Shown here: piece by piece, positions 25,652 to 35,921 of the stretch
Layout: every line of letters starts with the position of its first letter
How positions within the stretch are numbered: position 1 is the stretch's first letter
NCBI GenBank assembly: GCA_044892525.1
Contig: CM097885.1
Coordinates: 44,084,001-44,148,000 of the forward strand
Direction of reading: 5' to 3'
DNA: 64,000 nt
From: Schmidtea polychroa
Lineage: Eukaryota
Program-made: the position numbers and the translations under genes
The notes under the pieces: generated by a model
Database searches by the model: none
Told to the model about the DNA's origin: nothing
Seen by the model: the letters and a program-made list of their open reading frames with translations, nothing else

Positions 25652-26846
25652 CTCTAACGGCTATAGATCAGAGTGTGTACAATGTGGTGGTCAACATTAC
25701 CTAGACCAATGTGACAAGTTTAAGCAACTCACAATTTCAGAAAGGAAGAGAGTCATCGAAGAAAATAAACTGTGCAGGAATTGCTTCAAAAGAAATCACA
25801 TGGCCAAGGAATGTCGTAAAGAATCTTTCTGCAAGGTTACCGGATGTAAGCAAAGACACAACGAATTATTAAATGAAAACGCATCAATGAGGACGGTTCA
25901 GAGTTATTTTGCGGTAACTGAAATGTTCAATGACGAGTTACGGGCATCTCGAAGAATTGAGGACACGCCACTCGACAGGAGTAAGGCATCTAATGAAGAG
26001 CAAGGAGCTCAGAGTCATTTAGATGGGCAAATATTCAATTCTGGAAGAACTAACGAATTAGTTAACGTTATGACAATCACACAAAATGTTCAAGGAAAAA
26101 TGAATACAGGGGAAAAGCAAGATGAGGCTTGCCGGGCTGATGAGATCATAAAATTATCCGACGATAAAATTGTGGAACCGAAGACAACGGAAGTGATGAG
26201 TAATTGGGAAAAAGACAAACCAGAATCAGAGGATTTAACGCCCGAGGCGGCGGTTAATGATATGCAGGTCGACGAAGGGGAAGTTAATCGATTAAAAGAA
26301 GAACGTGATAATGTAAAAGGGGCAGGAGACTCCAAAGGGGAGAGGCAAAACAAGGAGACCAGTATGGTATATGGGAAATCATGGGAAACTGTACGTGATA
26401 ATGATCAAGGGGCCAAAGAAGTTTTGGAAAAATTGAACGAATCATCGAACATTTTCAAACAGCAAGGATCACTGGAACTCGCTTGCACGCCTCTAAAGAT
26501 GCACATGAAAGACAAGGGGTCGATTGGGGAATCGAAACACGAAGCAATCAAAGAACGACTTTGTAAAATGCTTATAAAAACATTAAGTGAAAACTGGTCA
26601 CTAAATGAAATGCAACAAGGAAAAGGGTGGAATATTGAATTGGCGAAAAAGGGAGAAAGAATAATAGAGAGATTACACCTAAACAAACTGAACAGGGACA
26701 GCTGCTTGGCCGAGTATGGCTTTGGTGGATGGAGAATCCACAATGATCTTTCAAAAAAGGTGCGTGGTGCGGCGGCATATATAATACAAAGATGGGTGTG
26801 TGAGGGTTATTGGAGATTGAGCCATAATGCAGGAAATGAAGGGTGA
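25566..26846 (+). pseudogene. BEL/Pao Gag zinc-knuckle region plus highly eroded pol-like tail, frameshifted relative to the upstream ORF
   Basis: Triple Cys/His array CVQCGGQHYLDQC, CRNCFKRNHMAKEC and CKVTGCKQRHNELL typical of BEL/Pao. The distal IHNDLSKKVRGAAAYI resembles the Pao RNase H motif LHGFSDAS..AYGAVVY. No RT or integrase. Confidence 0.8.
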
Positions 26847-26990
26847 AAAGGATAAAATGGCGAGGGAAATGCAGAAAATGGAGGGGAGAAGGGATAAAAT
26901 GGCGAGGGAAATGCAGAAAATGGAGGGGAGAAGGGATAAAATGGCGAGGGAAGTGCAAGAAATGAAGGAGAAAAGGGATAAACTGACACG
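26827..26990 (+). repeat. 42-bp tandem repeat, ~3.5 copies
   Basis: Unit GGATAAAATGGCGAGGGAAATGCAGAAAATGGAGGGGAGAAG. Confidence 0.9.
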
Positions 26991-27070
26991 GGAATGTATC
27001 TTCCAATTATGTTTGAGTATAAAAGAAGAAGGAGAAGCTGATGGTGATTTGAGATTGACACTAAGGTGTC

Positions 27071-27857
27071 AAGGGGGGGAGGATGGTGAATTATTAGCTC
27101 AATGCGCGTCTGTGTGCGCGTTGTATTGTGTGATGAATTTGTGTGCGCACACAGACGCGAGCAATGTAATTTTTTGGGTAGGTTTGTTGGTGTGTCGCGT
27201 CTGTGTGCGCTTTTCTTTTCTTTGTTTTGGCTTGTGTGCGCACACAGACGCGAGCAAGAGGTATTTTCAATTTATTGTTAATTAGTTGTAATTTTGTTTT
27301 AGATTTAGAGTTTATCGATTTTGTTTTGGAACGTTTTTGTGTGATTGTATTTGATGGCAATGGAAATCTTCTTTGTTTATTGAGTTTTATTTCGATTGGG
27401 TTTTGATTAATTGAAATTTACAATGGCAACATCTAAATATAACGGGGAATTGATGGATCTCGAGGATTTAGTGGCAAGGTTGAATAGAACCCGCAGCAAA
27501 ATGGAAACAGAAACTATTTGTAAAGACGATGTTATCAGATCTATCAAATCTATTAAAATTCTGGGTAAGGGATTCTCTCTAATCACATTATCTCGAGACC
27601 GGCAATTAGTTCAATCTGTACCTGGTGAATTGAATATGGATCAAACAAATTTGTTGAAATGTGTATATCGATATTGTTTTGTGTTCAGAAAGGAATAATA
27701 TGAGATCAAATTTATGTGTAGCTACACGAAGACAGGTTCCAGATAAAATGATTGAGAAGAGTTCAGCTACAAGATTGTTTAATATTACTGACACGGAAAA
27801 ATTGTTATTATGCTGCAATAAAATGTTTATGTGTTATTATGAATTTGAAAATGAACA
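27071..27857 (+). mobile_element. PPT plus putative 3' LTR of the BEL/Pao-like element
   Basis: AAGGGGGGGAGGA (27071-27083) then TG at 27084. Two hairpins at 27105-27159 and 27195-27253, AATAAA at about 27817, and an end at ...GAACA where Gypsy pol resumes. No matching 5' LTR in the window. Confidence 0.7.
27423..27698 (+). pseudogene. SNF8: Captured internal fragment of ESCRT-II subunit SNF8/VPS22/EAP30
   Basis: NGELMDLEDL...DDVIRSIKSIKILGKGFSLI...LVQSVPGELNMDQT matches the SNF8 signature NGGLITLEEL...DDLIRAIKKLKALGTGFGII...LIQSVPAELNMDHT. About 80 aa, intronless, inside the LTR. Confidence 0.85.
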
Positions 27858-29690
27858 CAGTGAGTGAAAAGGGAATTCAAACAAATAAAAGAAAGATTTC
27901 AGAAATTGAAAATGCAACCGAACCAAAAAGTGTCACAGAATTGAAATCATTCTTAGATTTAAGAAATTATTATCGACGGTTTATTAAGAATTATTCAATG
28001 ATAGCAGCACCTTTCTATGCAGCCACGACAGGTAATGACAAAATGATTGTTTGGAATGAAGAATGTAGAAAATGTTTTATCAATTTAAAGAAACTTTTGT
28101 GTGAAGCACCAATATTAGAATTTCCAAGGGCAGATCGACTATTTATTATTGATACGGATGCTAATTTTGGAGCCATAGGTGCAGTTTTATCTCAGATTAA
28201 GGAAGACAGTACTGAAGGAGTGATAGCATATGGTTCAAGACATTTGACAACACATGAAATGGGATATTGTGTTACTAGAAAAAAGTTGTTGGCACTCCAC
28301 GAGTTTATTGTACATTTCAGACAATATTTATATGGCAGAAGATTTGTAACCAGAACAGATCACAAAGCATTAGTGTTTATGAACACTACAAAGAAACCAA
28401 TAATCCCACAGTTTCAAACATGGATGGCAAATTTATCTGAATACGATTTTGAGTTACAATATAGGAAGGGAGAAGAACATGGAAATGCAGATGGTATGTC
28501 TCGTTTAAATAATACGATATGCGCTCATTGTCAGATGAAACACAAGAGAGGAAGTATTAGTTCGTTTGGAACCACAACGACGAAAGGAGGGAATTCAATA
28601 TGAATCAGAGTATTACGGAATGTATTAATAAATGCAAGATCTGTGCTAGTAGAAAGATTGATCAAGGAAGAACAAAGGAAATCCTATTGCCAAGAACAGG
28701 AGAAAGGTTTTTAGAACAGATAGTAGTGGATATTGCATATATGGAAACAAAATCAAGTAAGAAATATATGATAGTGATAATAGATCGGTTAAGTAAATTG
28801 GTCAATTTATCAGCAACAAGTACACAGGATGAATCAACGATTTTGAATGTCATTCTGAATAATTGGATATATCGGTTTGGTAGACACAGATAGAGGAAGA
28901 ATTTTTGAAGGATCAATGTTTCGTGATTGGATGAAAAAATTTGGCATAAAACAATAATTTAGTTCACCATACCAACATCAATCAAATGGTTTAGTTGAAC
29001 GAATAATAAGAACATTTCGGGACATGCTGGCAACATCATTGACAGATATTAGAACAGAGAATAATTGGCGCAAATTGTTACCAAAGATTGAATTTAGTTT
29101 GAATGCTACAGTACAAAACTCGACAAGCTTTTCACCTTTTGAAATTGTATATGATCGGAAGATTAATTTTAATATTCTAGATTAGGGCACATACAAAAAA
29201 GCAGAGAAGAAATTGTAAATAAAATAAAGACAAATTTAGAGAAAGCAGCGACATACATTATAATGTTACCTATTTTCCTGTAATCTTTATTTTCGATAAT
29301 ATCTTCAATTTCTTACACGCTCTTTTGCCAAATGTTTTCACTATCATCTATCATCAAAGCCAAAATTTTGGTTTTCAGTTTTCCAACTTTTGGGTTTGGG
29401 TGAATCATTTGGCATTGTAATTGTAAATAAATCATTTGAAATTGTAAATAAAATAAAAACAAATTTAGAGAAAGCAGCGACAACAATGAAAAATAGAGAT
29501 ATAGACAAGTGAGGTACTCGAGTATTCATGGTGGGAGAGGAAGTATTAGTTCGTTTGGAACCACAACGACGAAAGGAGGGAATTCAATATGAGGGACCTT
29601 ACAAAATTTTAAAATTCTTATCACCAAGACAAGTTGAATTACAATTTCCAAACTCAATCAAATCAAGAAGAATTGAATAGCTGAAAAGAT
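27858..29690 (+). pseudogene. Gypsy pol 3' part (RT thumb, RNase H, integrase)
   Basis: ELKSFL...NYYRRFI, IIDTDA..GAIGAVLSQ, RTDHKAL, GNADGMSR, IVVDIAY, SPYQHQSNGLVER and YEGPYKI; contains stops and rearrangements. Confidence 0.92.
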
Positions 29691-29929
29691 GCTAAGAAAA
29701 TGAAGAGGAGGAGAGTGATGTTCAATAATTAATGTTTATTAATTATATTTGTTTTAATAATACAAAGGACACGTTGGATTAGAAATTTAAATATACTTCA
29801 TTTATTAATTGTTATTTATTATTATGAGTTGTGAAGAAATTGTAACTATTACGATTATAAATAATTGGATAACCATAGCAACAATTTATTTAATAATATT
29901 AATATAATAAATTTATAGTGCGTAAATAT

Positions 29930-30105
29930 TAAATGAATTTAATTGGTTCTTTACTTAATTGGTACGATTATGTTATTTATTTTCCTTTAGTAACGGTTAG
30001 GTTTTGTTTGAATCTCTTATTGTTGATCTGGTACAAACATTTCACAAAACAAATCCTTGGAAAAAGGGTTACTTATCAAATTGTAATGAAAATATTAACA
30101 ATAAC
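29930..30105 (+). pseudogene. Truncated duplicate of the GPCR 5' region
   Basis: Near-identical to about 14153-14171 joined to about 14298-14455 (TM1-TM2), with the start region deleted; cut by a hAT insertion. Confidence 0.9.
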
Positions 30106-31746
30106 TAAGGTGACCAGATTTCAAAGTATCCAAGTCGGGACAAACCTTAATAATTGAATTTCATGGGGGGGGGGGCTGCGCAAGATCGAAAAATTAATTA
30201 AAATAAATGTTAACGTTCAACTTTCATTATTCGATTATTCAATATCGCATTTTACACATGTGTATCCGTATTTATCACTTTTATGGATTTCCTCCAACAG
30301 CTCGTTTTTACGTTTTATATATTCTAGAAATTCCGAACAAGTCATTCCAAAATTGACTTTAACATTAAGTATTGCTTGCAATGTTTTGATTGCAAGTTGA
30401 GTTTTCTTTGAAGACCAGACATCATTGATAAGAGAAAAGATTCGATCAATAAGAGCATTAGTTCCAGGGATTGTTAAGTCATATTTTGCAATCTTCTCGA
30501 AATTTTTTATAGTGATTTCTTTGCTATTGAATTCTAGGGAAGTTTCCATCCATCTTTTCTCAGTAGATAATCCTTTTTCATTCCATTCAGTAATTTTGGA
30601 TTCTAAAAACTTCTTTACGAAATTTGACTCATCAAATAAACACTAATATTTTGCGAATTTATATAAGCGTATGTTTTTTGAATCTTCTCCCACTCCATGT
30701 TTTTCGTCAATGTAATCCAGCTGAATACTTTAAGATCGTTCAATAATGAAGTCTTCTTCGTGAAGTACTCCAGCACGTTTTCATGGAATTCAATGATTGT
30801 TGACTGTAGTATTCCTTTTTCCTTAATACCTAAATCCCCCAATTGTGCAATTCGATTTCTTAAAATAATTGGAATGTTGCGGTTCTTTATCCTTTCTTCA
30901 ATTTTCTATGAAGATTTCAACGTTTTCTTGAACTCTGATCCACTTATTTGGTCTCCTTCAATTTATAGGATCATGGTGTGAAACATTGCTGCTTGATTTT
31001 GAATAAACATGAGCCGAAATTCTGATTGGTTGTTTTCAAAGAAGTTTTTAAGAACCACTGGACATTTTGGGATACTCAAAAGTAAGCTTTCAAAGGCTCG
31101 TAAATTCTCAAAGTCCTATCAATCGTAGGCATCAAAGGTAACCAGTGAGTCTTACTATATCCTAGAAGCATTTTATACTCAGTTTCGGCTTCTTCGCAAA
31201 AACTCTTCAAAGTCTCAACTCTCACAGTGCATATATAAAATTGGCTATAAATTATAGCAACAATGATTTCCACATCTATTGGTAATAAATCGGCAGCATG
31301 TTGAATTTCATTGTTTATCAGATGAACAGGACATCCAAAACCAATAATGAATTGTTTACAAAGTTTTTTAAGCCCGTAGAAAATGTTCTTCCTTCATTGT
31401 TTGATTTCCTACAAAGTTTGTAAATGTGTTGTCTTCACAATAAGCAATCAATTTTTCCAAAATATCTTAGGTTTCTAGAACCAGTTCCAAATTCTTAGCA
31501 ATAATTTCTGCTGTCTCATTAGGCAAGTTTCTCAAATCCAAAATTTTGATTTTTATTCCTCTAAGAGGACAAAAATAGCAAACTAAAGTAGGAAAGATTT
31601 TAATTCTTTGTGGTTCCATGCATGCGAATAAATTGAAGAAAAGTTACAGTTCAACAAATCTCTTTTCAAAACATTAAAGCGGGATGAGGGACATTTTCCT
31701 AAAATCTGGGACTGTCCAGAAGAATCCGGGACGTCTGGTCACCTTA
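30106..31746 (-). mobile_element. hAT (Blackjack-like) transposon, internally deleted
   Basis: TIRs TAAGGTGACCAGA / TCTGGTCACCTTA; minus-strand LLGYSKTHWLPLMP and TIPGTNALIDRIFS; no TSD. Confidence 0.88.
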
Positions 31747-32108
31747 TCTATAGTTTTCCAAACATGAAAATTATTGAATTAAAAAATATCAAACGTGAAA
31801 CTAAAAGATAAATATGAATGATAATTAAATGTTATTTAGCCGAATATCAATAATAAATAAGCATGTTATTTTATTTCAGATTTTCATTAATTGCTTATGA
31901 TTAAATGGATTATGTTTTACTATGTCTGATAACAAATGAATTTTCTCCCATGCATTCGACAATTATCATTTCATAAAAAGTAATTCTAAACATAAATATA
32001 ACAAAATTAATTCACTTAATATGCGCTATAACTTGCAAAATATATTTCTTTACTTTCGCAAATTCCGCTTCAAATAAATTAATTATCATTAATAGCAATC
32101 ATAATTAA

Positions 32109-32404
<296 letters not shown>

Positions 32405-32646
32405 TATAACTTAATTTTAATATACAGACAAATCTAAAGTCAATGTTAGAAAAAAAATAATGATAAAATTATTTTAAATTTATTATCAAATTAATATTCC
32501 ATATTTGATGAAAACTTGTCTTAAAGTTTTTAGTCTAAGAGCCAAATATAACATGCTATTTTCAAATTAAATACGCTATCCGGTTCCACTGGTCAACATT
32601 TTCAATAATCAAATAAATCAATACATTTTATAATATAGGTAACACA

Positions 32647-33151
32647 CAGGGACAGCTCTTCCATATAGGCGAAGTAGGCGGCCGCCTAGGGCGCTCAATT
32701 TTGTAAGGCGTAAAAATATTTTTATAAATTGTTTCTTGAATATAGAAAAAAAATTATTTATTAAAATATGCGTTTGATGATTTAACATTTTTTTATAATA
32801 AATTTATCTTCAAATAATGATTGAATTTAGCTGTATTCTAGCTCAAATTTGGTGACGTCTCGTAAGGATTTGTATGCATTTCTTAGAATTATAAAATCAA
32901 AGAATGTTTTCTTTAGTAGAATTTTAAAATACAAATGTGGCCATGTCTCCTAAACTATATAAGCTAGCCTCATCAAACTTTGCAAATTAGTCAAGGTTGG
33001 TCAGGTTGGGTTAGGCAAAGTTTGGTTGGGTTAGCTTATATAGTTATATAGATTGAAACGTAATGTTTCAGTTGACATTCTTTAGGGTAGGCGCTTCATA
33101 AAAGTTTTCCTAGGGCGCTCGACTTAGACAAAATTTTTTGAGCCGCCCCTG
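32647..33151. mobile_element. Non-autonomous hAT MITE, 505 bp
   Basis: TIRs CAGGGACAGCTC / GAGCCGCCCCTG and a perfect 8-bp TSD GTAACACA (32639-32646 and 33152-33159). Confidence 0.93.
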
Positions 33152-33307
33152 GTAACACACAAACTTTCCTGTATATCGATACAAATCTTGTTACTTTCGA
33201 TAACACCTTTATTAAGGTATTTTAAATTAGTTAGAGAAATGAAAAAATTTTCATCTAAAATTTGGACCTTGATATCACATGTTTATATAATAATTATAAT
33301 TTATAAT

Positions 33308-35921
33308 TGCTGGGTTTCCCTTCAAGTTGACGCTATGCGATCAAGGCTGTTTATGGAAGTGTGTCACTATTGTCAGAAATTCAAGATGCCTTCAGTCCGA
33401 TTGAGCTTTCATCAGTGTCAACCATTGGAGATTCCCTCATGACTATTTACTATACGACAAAGTGCCCATGGAAAGCTTCCATGTTGGTGCTCCCCAAGTC
33501 GGCGAAATCTATAGAATAGGTGAGCTGCTGTCTTACAACTACTATCCTACCGAGTTTTCATTCGGGTCCTAGAATGCCGATAGAAGGACTTACATCTCCA
33601 AAGATCGTGGTTGGATCAGGTCGTGGTTTTATACATATTAACGATGTCCAATGTACTCACCCTACTTATTTCTATCTACAATCATCAATAAGAAAACCTG
33701 TAAAAGAATACGTAAACATGTATTACAATCATAAGTCAAGAACAACGCTTCGATATAGACAATAGATGCAATGAATCAAACACAGGTGATGTCTCACTAC
33801 ACGGATAGTTAACTATTAGATTGTTCCGAAAATTGAGACACAAGATGATGAATTAGATTAGACAGCTGGCTGCGAATAAAAATCTCTTTTTTCGGCTTCT
33901 TTGAGCAGCTGCTCCAGGTCGAACTCTGGGTGATCTTCCTCCATCCACGGAGTACCAGCGGCCGGAACGACCTTAAAAGCTGGGACCTTGTATGCATCCA
34001 ACGCTGCCATAAAATCTGCGGTCGCCTTGGCATTATTGGAGATTAACACAGCCTCCGCCTCGGCCTACTTCTCTCTCCTTCGTTTGGAACGTTAGGCGCA
34101 AGTGAGTGATTTTCGTTTTTGCTTACTCGTCGAAACAACTTGGGTAGGAACAGTTATCGGTGGAGTGACTTTGGCCAGACCTAGACTAGTCCCGACATAA
34201 ATTACTTCTTGAGCAGATGAGACAGGCAAATTTTCTCTGTGATCCAGACAGGCTGTTCGTTTTGGAGGACTTGGACCTTCCGATAAATGATGAATCGGAA
34301 ATACATTGGTTCCGTCAACTACTGGCAATTCGATTATCCGCATTCTCAGTTCCGAATCGGAATAGATTTGTGTAGCGTTTGGGATTATTCTCTAATAGGT
34401 ATACGCTGATTTCAACTCTCTTCAAGCAAGCTGTCCCTGTAGTGTTCCAAGCGCAATATCTTCTTAGTCGATTCCTTCATCTGGACGGGGGTGAACCAAG
34501 TCCCTCCAGATGGTCGATTCACTTTTTTAGTTGACCAACTTCAGCTAGTAAGGTTCAGATCGCTGCGTTTCAGTATTGGTGTAGGCGTAGTTGTAGCAGG
34601 TATGTTGTCTAAAAAGAATGAGATAATTTACTATTCAGAATTTTCGTTGATTCTCACGCTCTCTTTAAACGATTAATCTAAATTTAGATAGTCGAACTAT
34701 AAAAATTCGGTTCTATTACAGGCGGGAAGAGTTCGGACCCGCCCGGGGAATGACAAATTCCAATTTATTCGTTTATCTTTATTTATAGTCGTGTTAGCGT
34801 TTCACTCGTTTGTTATGATGTACGAACTATACGCTAAGATAATTTTTATGGTATTTACTTATCCCAAATTAATTTTATCTAATTATAATAATTATAATTG
34901 CACTATGGTCACTTTATATTCTGAACCTCAAAATCACATATAACGTAATTAACTAAAATCATGTATCCCGAATGTCGAAATAATATAAACAGTGGTTAAT
35001 TAAAATCATGATCACCTGTGAAATAAACGTCGCTTTTACTTATTAGAATCCCGATACGTCGCTTGATTGAAATTACTATTGGGATACTTCAAGTATCATC
35101 AGACCTAGTGAGTTAAAGTTGTCGGAGTGACGAATGAATTCTGACAAAATACGACATACTTACTTCTAAGGGCCTAATGGATCGTCAGTGCACGTTAACG
35201 GTAGCGAGTTTTCTCCGGATGCTTGGAATCAATCGACGTTTATTTACGAAACAGTCGCGGACGAGGTTCACGTAGTCAATTTCCGCACGTATCCCTATAT
35301 TTCACTTTGATTGTACAAATCGACCTTTCCTACAGCTATTTAACATGGTATAGGTTAGGTTAAACTACTGAATTCATTTTTTGATGTGATTTATTCATCT
35401 TGTTAGATCATAATTCTTGGACGATGATAACGATTATAACGACAAAGGGCGGTTACTACCTCACATTTACAACGATTCTTCAAAAACTAGCGACATGTCA
35501 TATTAATTCATTATAATATTGAGTGAAGTCTGGAATTTATAAGACAATGATCTAGCAGATTAATGGGTCACCTTTGTAGGTTACCAAAACCATCAATGAT
35601 TCAAGAAAACGCTGGATTCTATTTCACTTTTCGTCATGTAATTTTCGCTCTCCGAGAGTCGACTTTAATGGGCAATAATGACTTTCTCTTGGATTATTCG
35701 GTCCACATCTCATTCTACGTCGTATGTCAATCAAAAATTATGATGCCAGTGACGAACTCGTCGGAGGCCCTCCGAACGGAATCCAATCAACTGAGTGCGG
35801 ACGACTCACTGACATCCGACACGATGCAAATACGCGAGGTTTCTACATGCCGCGAACGTATTCAAGTCTCATGGCACTACTCCATAAATCCAGATATCAA
35901 TTGCAAAATATCTACTCCTCA
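33308..35921 (-). mobile_element. Large LTR-like element (copy C) containing eroded minus-strand ORFs; right boundary uncertain
   Basis: Begins TGCTGGG (compare TGTTGG of copy B) and carries the 131-nt motif at 33462-33592. GC content stays elevated until about 35.9 kb. Confidence 0.45.

Larger units (their letters stand above)
23299..29847 (+). mobile_element. Ty3/Gypsy LTR retrotransposon with 134-bp AGT...ACT LTRs, rearranged and hosting a nested BEL/Pao-like element
   Basis: LTRs 23299-23432 and 29714-29847 differ at 2 positions. PBS TGGCGACCACG at 23432, PPT AAGAGGAGGAG before the 3' LTR, protease LWDSGASISV at about 23730, RT C-terminus/RNase H/integrase at 27858-29690. The RT YxDD core is missing and there is no clean TSD. 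Confidence 0.93.

Noticed and set aside
26135..26165. Other CTGANGA hammerhead-like cores (here, about 60390, and minus strand about 7515 and 35095)
   Set aside because: None has a stem II followed by GAAA.
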